From Candidatus Woesearchaeota archaeon (GTDB lineage: Archaea > Nanobdellota > Nanobdellia > Woesearchaeales > UBA10216), in assembly GCA_016180085.1 (NCBI GenBank), contig JACPBX010000029.1:1-21616 (forward strand): a stretch of DNA of 21,616 nt, in the 5' to 3' direction. This document shows positions 7,579-15,020 of the stretch, piece by piece (position 1 is the stretch's first letter; each line of letters opens with the position of its first letter). A program made the translations under genes and the position numbers. The notes under the pieces were generated by a model. That model searched no databases, was not told where the DNA came from, and saw only the letters and a list, made by a program, of their open reading frames with translations.

Positions 7579-8806
7579 ATTTTCCCGTGCTTAAACTTCT
7601 CAGAACCTGTGCCCTTCTCAAAGCTTCCGCTTTTTTCGCGTAATTAAGCTCAGCTGCTTTTTCATAAGCTTCTGCTGCTTCTTTATGCCTGTTTGATTTT
7701 TCCAGCGCAACGCCCAGGTTATAGAATGCTCTGCCGTTGCTGTTGTCAACCTTTACTACCTGCTGCAAAATCTTAACAGCCTTTTCAGGATGACCGCCCT
7801 GCTCGTAAATTGCCCCGAGATTTGTCAGGGCGTTAAAATCGTTCGGGTTCCTTTTCAGCCCCTCGACTATAACGTCCCTGGCTGCGTTAAGCATTCCCTT
7901 CCTTGAGTAGGCAACCCCCAGGCTAAAGTAAGGTGATGGGTAATGCTCGTTCAGCTCTACGGCTTTTTTGAACGTTTCAATAGCGCTGTCCAGTTCGCCC
8001 AGCTTGCTGAGGCAGACCCCAAGGCTTTGGTAAGCCTCAACGAATTTGCTGTCAAGCTCAATTGCTTTTTCAAAATACTCCTTCGCCTTTGCAAAGTTTT
8101 CAGCCTCTCTTTCCACTGTGCCCATCTCCATCCAAGAACGCGGGTTATTAGGGTCTGCTGCGATCTTTTTCAGACCAATCCTGCGGTAGTGCTCAGGCTT
8201 CGCCTTTAGGTAATCTGCTGATTTCTTTTCCTTGAAATGGTGGATAGGCACGTCAACAACTGCATACTTGCCGCCGCTTCTTTCAATAGATGGCTCAACA
8301 AGCTCATGAGCAATTCCCTCAAACTTTATTTCTGTCCTGTTCCTGAACAGACGGACTATTAGGCGGGGAACCCATCCTGTAAACCCTTCGCTCTCTTCGT
8401 ATGTGTCATTTATCGTCCAAAGAAAATCCTCGCGGTAGGTGTTGTTGGTGTAGTTTCTTTGCACGAGACTGTAGCCATCGTATTCATTATCAGAAATCAG
8501 CCGCTTTATTTTGTCAAAGTCAGAAGCTGCTATTGCCTCGTCGGCATCCAACACAAGAATCCAGTCTCCTCTTGCATGCTTTATTCCTTCGTTTCTGGCT
8601 GCTGATGTGTCATCGTTCCATTCAAAAAAGTAAACCTCCGCACCCAGCTTTTTGGCAATTTCAACTGTATCGTCACTGCTGCCTGTGTCAATCACTATAA
8701 CTTGGTCAACAAGCCCTTTGACAGAGCTGATGCATTTCTCAATCCAAGCAGATTCATTCTTCACAATCATGCACAGGGTAATAGTGAGGTTTTTATCCGC
8801 TACCAT
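7577..8806 (-). CDS. GT2 family glycosyltransferase with C-terminal TPR repeats
   Basis: Likely start ATG 8806 (MVADKNLTITLCMIVKNE); DTGSSD, ARNEGI, WILVLDADE, HELV; multiple TPR repeats. Confidence 0.92.
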   Translation of the reverse strand: MVADKNLTITLCMIVKNESAWIEKCISSVKGLVDQVIVIDTGSSDDTVEIAKKLGAEVYFFEWNDDTSAARNEGIKHARGDWILVLDADEAIAASDFDKIKRLISDNEYDGYSLVQRNYTNNTYREDFLWTINDTYEESEGFTGWVPRLIVRLFRNRTEIKFEGIAHELVEPSIERSGGKYAVVDVPIHHFKEKKSADYLKAKPEHYRRIGLKKIAADPNNPRSWMEMGTVEREAENFAKAKEYFEKAIELDSKFVEAYQSLGVCLSKLGELDSAIETFKKAVELNEHYPSPYFSLGVAYSRKGMLNAARDVIVEGLKRNPNDFNALTNLGAIYEQGGHPEKAVKILQQVVKVDNSNGRAFYNLGVALEKSNRHKEAAEAYEKAAELNYAKKAEALRRAQVLRSLSTGK

Positions 8807-8903
8807 AACATATGCGGTTGCCCAAGCGATTAAATAGTTTTCCACTGGGCACTGGACACTTGTGCGGCAAAGCTTTTTTAATCCTATCCTCTTCCTGAAG
8901 CCT

Positions 8904-9992
8904 ATGCCGCGAATAATAATGCACATGGACCTTGACGCCTTCTACGCTGCAGTTGAGCAGCGCGAGCATCCGGAATGGAAAGGGCTGCCTGTTGTTGTTG
9001 GCGCAGACCCCAAGGGAGGCAAAGGCCGTGGCGTTGTAATGACCTGCAGCTACGAAGGGCGAAAGTTCGGCATAAAGTCGGCAATGCCAATCTCAAAAGC
9101 GTACAGGCTTTGCCCAACCGCAATATACACGCCGCCAAACTTTCCCCTTTACACCGCAGCATCCGAAGCTGTGATGAACATTCTCCGCAGCTTCAGCGAC
9201 AAGTTTGAGCAGGTCAGCATTGACGAAGCATTCATTGACGTAACAGCAAAGGTTAGCAGCGGCGATAAAAGCGAAATAGACAAATTCGCAGCTGCAATAA
9301 AAAACGAAATTGGTGAAAAGGAAAAGCTGAGCTGCAGCATCGGCGTTGCCTCAAACAAGCTCGTTGCGAAGGTTGCGTCAGACTTTAAAAAACCTGACGG
9401 CTTGACAATTGTCGAGCCCGGAAAGGAAAAGGATTTCCTGTCACCGCTGCCTGCGCGAAAGCTGATTGGCGTTGGCGAGAAAACAGAGGCAGTTCTGAAA
9501 GGGCTGGGCATCAGCACAATCGGCGAGCTGGCCGCTTTGCCGGAAGACTTCCTCCACAAAGAATTTGGCAAATACGGCCTTTACCTCCATGACGCAGCCA
9601 ACGGCATTGACAACAGCGAAGTCGAAGAAAATTATGAGATAAAGTCCATAAACCGGAACTTCACCTTTGAAGAGGATACCAAGGACGACCAACTCATCTT
9701 CGCAGCCATTGACGAGATGCTGGAGGACGCACACAATGCTCTTGCAGCGAACAACTTTTGCTGCAGAACCGTTGGCGTAAGGGTAAGATTTGAGGACTTT
9801 GAAACGCACACCAAAGAAAAAACGCTGAGCGAGGCAACAGCAGACATCAACACAATTAGAAAAGTTGCAAAACAGCTGCTGCAGCCGTTCTTCTCTGACA
9901 AAAGAAAGATAAGGCAGGTTGGGATAAGGATGGCTCACCTGGAGCAGAAAAGCAGCAGCCAAAAGCTAGTCAGCGAATACTTCCATCAGTAA
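8904..9992 (+). CDS. dinB: DNA polymerase IV (Y family)
   Basis: Likely start ATG 8904; HMDLDAFYAAVEQ, SYEGRKFGIKSAMP, SIDEAFID, SIGVASNKLVAKVASDFKKPDG, little-finger domain. Confidence 0.97.
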   Translation: MPRIIMHMDLDAFYAAVEQREHPEWKGLPVVVGADPKGGKGRGVVMTCSYEGRKFGIKSAMPISKAYRLCPTAIYTPPNFPLYTAASEAVMNILRSFSDKFEQVSIDEAFIDVTAKVSSGDKSEIDKFAAAIKNEIGEKEKLSCSIGVASNKLVAKVASDFKKPDGLTIVEPGKEKDFLSPLPARKLIGVGEKTEAVLKGLGISTIGELAALPEDFLHKEFGKYGLYLHDAANGIDNSEVEENYEIKSINRNFTFEEDTKDDQLIFAAIDEMLEDAHNALAANNFCCRTVGVRVRFEDFETHTKEKTLSEATADINTIRKVAKQLLQPFFSDKRKIRQVGIRMAHLEQKSSSQKLVSEYFHQ

Positions 9993-10001
9993 ATTTTTTA
10001 A

Positions 10002-10598
10002 ATGAGTGTCGGCAAAATCCTATTTATGAGGCTAAAATTGCTTTTCGTCACTGTTGCAATTGTTGCCTTATTAATATCAGGTTGCTCAGCTGAAAAAGAA
10101 AAAATGAACACCCGCGTCATTCTGGAAACAAGCAAAGGAACAATAGAAATAGAGCTTAACCAGCAGCAAGCACCAGTTACTGTTGCAAACTTTCTCGCAT
10201 ACGTTAATGAAGGGCATTATGACGGCACTGTTTTCCACCGCGTAATTCCTGGCTTCATGATACAGGGAGGCGGGTTTACTCCAGATGGCACCCAGAAGCC
10301 AACCAGAGAGCCCATCAAGCTTGAATCAAACAACGGCCTCAAGAATGAAATGGGGACAATCGCCATGGCAAGGACGTCAGTGCCCGACAGCGCAACGAGC
10401 CAGTTCTTCATAAACGTGGCAAACAACGACTTCCTGAACTACGCGCCGGGCAACGACGGCTACGCTGCGTTCGGAAAAGTGGTGAGCGGCATGGAAGCTG
10501 TAAACGCCATAGCCGCTGTAGAAACCGGCAACAGGGAAGGCAACTCTGACTGGCCTGTTGAGGATATCGTCATCACGAAGGCGTACGTGAAAAAATAG
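10002..10598 (+). CDS. Cyclophilin-type peptidyl-prolyl cis-trans isomerase with signal peptide/lipobox
   Basis: FHRVIPGFMIQGGG, GTIAMART, SATSQFFIN, YAAFGKV; N-terminal hydrophobic stretch ending LLISGC (start may be ATG 10026). Confidence 0.95.
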   Translation: MSVGKILFMRLKLLFVTVAIVALLISGCSAEKEKMNTRVILETSKGTIEIELNQQQAPVTVANFLAYVNEGHYDGTVFHRVIPGFMIQGGGFTPDGTQKPTREPIKLESNNGLKNEMGTIAMARTSVPDSATSQFFINVANNDFLNYAPGNDGYAAFGKVVSGMEAVNAIAAVETGNREGNSDWPVEDIVITKAYVKK

Positions 10599-10696
10599 TA
10601 TAAACCTTTAAAAAGCGTTCCGCAGTTGTTTCTCGATTGACCCTTTTCGGGAGAAGGAATCCGTTTTTGGATAAACCCTTTTTCTAAAAGGGTTTT

Positions 10697-10829
10697 GCCC
10701 CGTTCGTTCAGTCCGGTCAAGGACACGGCCCTTTCGCGTGACCTTTTACTCGCTTGCGAGCGAGCAAAAGCTCAACCAAAAACGTCACGAGGTAAGGCCG
10801 GGACCCGGGTTCAAATCCCGGACGGGGCA
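10697..10829 (+). tRNA. tRNA-Glu(TTC) with a 58-nt canonical 37/38 intron (10737-10794)
   Basis: Acceptor GCCCCGT/ACGGGGC+A; anticodon stem CGGCC/GGCCG; BHB CTTT/GAGG plus GTGAC/GTCAC; T-arm CCGGG-TTCAAAT-CCCGG. Confidence 0.95.
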
Positions 10830-10846
10830 CCTAATCCTTATACCGA

Positions 10847-10892
10847 TTATAACCCTACAAAATGCAAAGTTTTAAATATTTGTAGGGTTACC
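10847..10892 (+). promoter_or_regulatory. Fic operon promoter: TATA box (10871-10878) flanked by a 12-bp inverted repeat; first copy of a degenerate direct repeat
   Basis: TAACCCTACAAA (10850-10861) / TTTGTAGGGTTA (10879-10890) around TTTAAATA. Confidence 0.65.
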
Positions 10893-10900
10893 TTCTTTAT

Positions 10901-11884
10901 ATGGTGTTTGTCAGCAAGAAGGGCATTAAGGGCAAGATGAGGTATTACCTAGAGAAGTCAGTGCGGCTTCCTGGCGGCGCTGTGAAGAAGTTCTCAGTTT
11001 ATCTCAAGGATTATGAGCCTAAAAGCGGATTAAGAGGTCTTGATAGCTATGTTGCATTGCTTAATGCAAAAGCGCGTGCAACTGTGATAAACCATGTCGC
11101 AGAGTTCTACACGAAATCGAGCATTTTTAGCAACGGAGTCATTAAAGGGCTTGAAGAGGTAAAACTGGCTTACAACGGGCTCAGAAAGAAAATAAGCAAG
11201 AAACAGCTTCAGGATGTTATAGATAGATTTACTGTCAATTTCACGTATGAGTCAAACGCTATTGAGGGTAATTCATTAACTCTTAAAGATGTGGCAATTG
11301 TCCTGCATGAGAAAAAGGCTATAGAAGGAAAGGACCTCAGGGAAATTTATGAGGCTTTGAACACGCGGGAGGCAATGAAGCTCATATTCAACAACAAGCT
11401 TAAGATAAGTGAACATGACATAATTAAATTGCACAAAATCCTTGTACGGAACACAGATGTTGCTTTTGGCTACAAAAAGCTGCCGAATTTCCTCTTAGGG
11501 CGTGACACGCAGACTACTCCGCCTGAAAAGGTGGAAGAGGAGATGCGTGAGCTGATAACCTGGTATCATGAAAATGAAAGAATGCACCCGCTCGAAAGGG
11601 CATCAATTTTCCATGGCAGGTTCGAGACTATACACCCCTTTGAAGATGGAAATGGCAGGGTAGGCAGGCTGCTGATTAACATAATGCTGATGGACAACGG
11701 CTACCCGCCACTTATCATAAGAAAGACACACAGGATTGCTTATCTGGCCGGTTTAGAGGCGTTTGACCATGGTTACAGCGACAAGCTGAAGAGACTCCTT
11801 ATTGACAAATACAAAACAACTTACAAAAAATTCTTTGAAGTATATGTCCAGTATTTGAATTTTGAGAAAAAACAAGGGTGGTAA
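10901..11884 (+). CDS. Fic family protein (class II, with intramolecular inhibitory motif)
   Basis: Canonical HPFEDGNGRVGR motif; N-terminal (S/T)xxxE(G/N) motif SNAIEGN. Confidence 0.95.
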   Translation: MVFVSKKGIKGKMRYYLEKSVRLPGGAVKKFSVYLKDYEPKSGLRGLDSYVALLNAKARATVINHVAEFYTKSSIFSNGVIKGLEEVKLAYNGLRKKISKKQLQDVIDRFTVNFTYESNAIEGNSLTLKDVAIVLHEKKAIEGKDLREIYEALNTREAMKLIFNNKLKISEHDIIKLHKILVRNTDVAFGYKKLPNFLLGRDTQTTPPEKVEEEMRELITWYHENERMHPLERASIFHGRFETIHPFEDGNGRVGRLLINIMLMDNGYPPLIIRKTHRIAYLAGLEAFDHGYSDKLKRLLIDKYKTTYKKFFEVYVQYLNFEKKQGW

Positions 11885-12275
11885 CGTGCTACACAGTCAG
11901 AAGGAAAAAATGGCAAACAAAATGAAGGAAGGCGCTCTTTATTGTGCAAAATGCGACTCTGAGATGAGACTGGCGCTGCTTCCAAGTTACGAGTACCTAG
12001 AAGGTCACCCTCTTAGCAATGTGCAGGCTTACAAATGCCCTAAATGCGGCAACGTGTTCTTCACTGAGGAACAAGCAGCACGCATGAAGCAAAGGACAAA
12101 TGCGCTTATTGAAAGCACCTTCGGCTTCCACAGAAAAATAACCGTTACAGGCAGGAGTCTGGCAGTAACAATTCCACAGGAGCTGGCCAGCCATATGAAC
12201 CTTAGCAAAGGCGTAACCGTAAAAATAATCCCATCAACAGGCTGGCTCACGATAAGGAAAGTAAAGGCATTATAA
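11862..12275 (+). CDS. YgiT/MqsA-type zinc ribbon fused to an AbrB/MazE/SpoVT DNA-binding domain (putative antitoxin/regulator)
   Basis: CAKC...CPKC; C-terminal RKITVTGRSLAVTIPQELASHMNLSKG.V; real start probably GTG 11886 or ATG 11910. Confidence 0.8.
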   Translation: MRKNKGGNVLHSQKEKMANKMKEGALYCAKCDSEMRLALLPSYEYLEGHPLSNVQAYKCPKCGNVFFTEEQAARMKQRTNALIESTFGFHRKITVTGRSLAVTIPQELASHMNLSKGVTVKIIPSTGWLTIRKVKAL

Positions 12276-12312
12276 TTCTACAAAATCGAAATGTTTGAAT
12301 ATTAGGGTTACC
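12270..12312 (+). repeat. Second copy of the degenerate direct repeat flanking the Fic module
   Basis: TTATAAttCTACAAAATcgAAAtGTTTgAATATTAGGGTTACC aligns with 10847-10892. Confidence 0.75.
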
Positions 12313-12370
12313 AGACTAACATTATTTCTTGGTAATCTTTATAAGCTAAACGTAACGTTCTTCCCTTTAT

Positions 12371-12500
12371 GCCGGGAGTGGACGATCCGGTGCGTCCGTC
12401 CGCCTCGAATGACCCACGGAGACAACATGTCGACTGTGGCTCAACCAAAAAGTGAAAGCGGATTGCGAAAGCTATCGGGGTTCAAATCCCTGTCCCGGCG
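12371..12500 (+). tRNA. tRNA-Ser(CGA) with a 47-nt 37/38 intron (12410-12456) and atypical D-arm
   Basis: Acceptor GCCGGGA/TCCCGGC+G; anticodon stem TCCGC/GCGGA with loop CT-CGA-A; variable arm with GAAA loop; T-arm CGGGG-TTCAAAT-CCCTG; BHB central helix is imperfect. Confidence 0.85.
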
Positions 12501-12632
12501 TTTTCTTCTTGGTTTAAAGTACGACCGGTTTTAGCGGCGGAATATATCAGCCATCTTGGCTAAAGCCGGGTTATAAAAAATAAATGTTATATTTACAAAA
12601 GAGTTAAATAATAAATCTCATTACAAGCTATA

Positions 12633-13310
12633 ATGAACAAACAAACTCAATTTAATCGAATAAAAGAAAGCCAGTGCCCTCTGGACAACAGAGTTCTTGT
12701 CGCTGTTGATGAGTCATATTCCGATGCGCGGCCCGGCTTGACTTACATGGCGGTCGTTTGCTCGCTTCCAAGACCTGATTTAAATCCCGCTTTGTTGTCA
12801 CACAGGCGTGATTCCCAACACCGCATTACACCCGATCTTGCGTGGAGAATTTTTGTTAATCCTGCCGCGTATGACTTGATTGTGGTTGGCATGGCTGTTA
12901 AGTCTGGTACAAAAAAGGGAGAACAGGTCAAGTTTTGGTCTCACGGTATTAGATACGGCATAGAACTTGTTGAAATGAAGTTGGAAGAGCTCAATGTTCC
13001 CGGTAGTATCGACCAGGTTTTTGTGGACGGTGAAAAGCCAAAATATTTCAGGGATGAGCAATGGAATGAGCAATTTGGATCATTACGGCTTGCTTTTACA
13101 CCGAAAACCGGGGGGCGAAATGGATATAATCTTAACCTTGATTGCTGTGCTGCACGGTTGCTTGCCGTGGCTGATGGCCTTGCAGGACAAATTAGGTATA
13201 GCGTTGATGGTAGATGGCATCGGGATAAGGTTGTAGCAATAGTTGCGGCTCGCCATAGTCCCTTAGCACAGTATGCCCCTGCACTACCTGACTTTGAACT
13301 TAGAATTTAA
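12633..13310 (+). CDS. DUF3800-like (RNase H-fold) cassette protein
   Basis: N-terminal VAVDES, central VFVDG and C-terminal LLAVADGLAG match the DES...D...QxADxxA pattern of DUF3800; recognised by eye. Confidence 0.55.
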   Translation: MNKQTQFNRIKESQCPLDNRVLVAVDESYSDARPGLTYMAVVCSLPRPDLNPALLSHRRDSQHRITPDLAWRIFVNPAAYDLIVVGMAVKSGTKKGEQVKFWSHGIRYGIELVEMKLEELNVPGSIDQVFVDGEKPKYFRDEQWNEQFGSLRLAFTPKTGGRNGYNLNLDCCAARLLAVADGLAGQIRYSVDGRWHRDKVVAIVAARHSPLAQYAPALPDFELRI

Positions 13311-13388
13311 GCAGCAGAATCCAAGCAGGACATCAGCCTTTTGAATGGCGGTCAGATTGGGTGCGACGTCGCACTGCTCGTCCGCCGT

Positions 13389-13400
13389 CCTGTCCCGGCG
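13389..13400 (+). repeat. att-like copy of the tRNA-Ser(CGA) 3' end (CCTGTCCCGGCG)
   Basis: 12-bp exact match to 12489-12500. Confidence 0.88.
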
Positions 13401-13408
13401 CTTATAAT

Positions 13409-14659
13409 TCAGGCTATGCCTGCTAGCTCTTTTTGTTGCTGCCGCTGCTGTCTAACCGCCATTAGCTGCTCGTAAACTGCCAGGATTCTTGGCGCAACAA
13501 CGTCCCAGCTGAAGTTTTCAACAACAATCCTCCTGCCATTTTGCCCCATTCTGAGGCGCATCTCCTCATTGAGAACGAGCCTTTCAAGTGCTGCGGCAGT
13601 TGCTTCTATGTCCCTTGGCTGCACGAGGATACCTGCCTCTGCCACGAAGAATTCAGAATTCATGACCTCTTCCCCGTACTTGCGGAATCCGAGCAGCACG
13701 TCCCGTGGCCCTGGAATGTTTGTGGTGACAACGGGCTTTCCTGAAGCCATCGCCTCTGGAACCACAAAGCCGAAGCTTTCGCCGTCAGTGGGCGTTGCCG
13801 CGAATATGTGTGCAGTTGCGTAGTACCTTTGCAGCTCGATTGTGGGAACTCCGCCAACCAGCACTATGTCCTTGTTGTCAACTGCGCCCAGCAGTTGCCT
13901 TGTCATCGCGTCAGGCTCTCCTGGCCCGACAACCAGCAGCCTGGTGTTTGAGTATTTTGGATTCAAGTGCATCTGGCTGAAAGCAGAAACGAGGTAGTAA
14001 AGGCCTTTTCTCCTTTCATTATTGCCGAGCCTGCCCACGAAAAGGATGTTTACCTTGCCGTCAAGATATTTCTCTATGCCTCCAACTTTTGGGCTGAACC
14101 TTTCAGTGTCAATGCCGTTAGGTATGACTGTGTAATTCCCAGGGAGGTAGTGGTTGGCCTTTGCCTTTGCCGCCTCTGAGACTGCAAGCCTCACGTCAAC
14201 CTTTTGAATCAGCTTATCAATCCCAAAAAGCCTTGCAAGCATGCTATAGAACCAGGTAACAGGATTAGGCGAAGTGTTGGAGTGCGACGTTGTCACCAAC
14301 ACGGTTGATTCGGTGTTTACATACTTCGCCGCGAGGGGCCCGAGTATGGGCGCTTCAGGCGAATGGATGTGCACCACGTCAAAGTTGCCGTTTGACAGAA
14401 ACTCATGCAGCCTGCCCTTGTTCCAGAAGGAAAAAGTGAACCTGGAAACGGTTCCTATGCCTATAGGCAGTGGGACAGTCCTGCCCATGTTGACAAAGTC
14501 TACGCCCTTATGGTCCACGTAACAGTTTTCCCTTGAAGCTGGGGCCAGGACTGTAACGCTATGCCCGAGCCTCCTGGCGTGATGTGCAAACTGAAGAACA
14601 TGGTTCTGCACACCGCCGGGGTATGCTATGTCATACGGGCAAACAAGGGCTATTTTCAT
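13409..14659 (-). CDS. GT4 family glycosyltransferase (PimA-like)
   Basis: MKIALVCPY...PGGVQNHV, IPNGID, ILFVGRL...RKG, ESFGFVVPEAMASGKPVV. Confidence 0.92.
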   Translation of the reverse strand: MKIALVCPYDIAYPGGVQNHVLQFAHHARRLGHSVTVLAPASRENCYVDHKGVDFVNMGRTVPLPIGIGTVSRFTFSFWNKGRLHEFLSNGNFDVVHIHSPEAPILGPLAAKYVNTESTVLVTTSHSNTSPNPVTWFYSMLARLFGIDKLIQKVDVRLAVSEAAKAKANHYLPGNYTVIPNGIDTERFSPKVGGIEKYLDGKVNILFVGRLGNNERRKGLYYLVSAFSQMHLNPKYSNTRLLVVGPGEPDAMTRQLLGAVDNKDIVLVGGVPTIELQRYYATAHIFAATPTDGESFGFVVPEAMASGKPVVTTNIPGPRDVLLGFRKYGEEVMNSEFFVAEAGILVQPRDIEATAAALERLVLNEEMRLRMGQNGRRIVVENFSWDVVAPRILAVYEQLMAVRQQRQQQKELAGIA

Positions 14660-14772
14660 TCATCCACCGCTTAACCAGCAAAACAGCAACATTTTATAAA
14701 TATTTACAGTTAAACAGCCGCGGCAGCCTGATTTTCCCTATGCAAACGGTCTTTATGACGCGATAAGAATAG

Positions 14773-14962
14773 TGTCGGGGGCGAGACTTTCAAGCCTCTT
14801 TGCAACAGCTTTTTGGTTGAGCTTTTTGCTTGCAAAAAGGTCATTTGAACTCGCGACAATGGCGTCTCTCCGCCTTGTTAGAGGTAAGGTCATCGCTGCC
14901 TTCGCAGCTCAGAGCTCAAAACGTATGAGCGCCACATTCTAACCAGGCTGAATTACCCCGAC
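14773..14962 (-). tRNA. tRNA-Met(CAT), probably elongator, with two introns: 37/38 (14866-14923, 58 nt) and 59/60 (14787-14843, 57 nt)
   Basis: Acceptor GTCGGGG/CCCCGAC+A; D-arm ATTC/GAAT; anticodon stem TGGCG/CGCCA with CT-CAT-A; T-loop intron has a perfect BHB central helix TTCA/TGAA. Confidence 0.9.
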
Positions 14963-15020
14963 ATGAGACAAGCGGCATCTTGAGCAGCTTTTAAAGGTTT
15001 TTAATAAAGAACTCGGGCTT

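Noticed and set aside
5400-7580. CRISPR array
   Set aside because: The repeats are at most 3 copies, of unequal length and tRNA-derived, with no regular spacers and no cas genes.
12404-12457. Alternative splicing of the tRNA-Ser(CGA) intron to give a TCA (Sec) or TGA anticodon
   Set aside because: No splice-site pair with a valid BHB produces those loops, and the acceptor/T-stem is 7/5, not the Sec-type extended fold.
14890-14912. C/D-box K-turn (CTGA...GATGA) in tRNA-Met intron 1
   Set aside because: The C box is incomplete, a competing 5-bp stem removes the required 3-nt bulge, and there is no second box pair or guide region.
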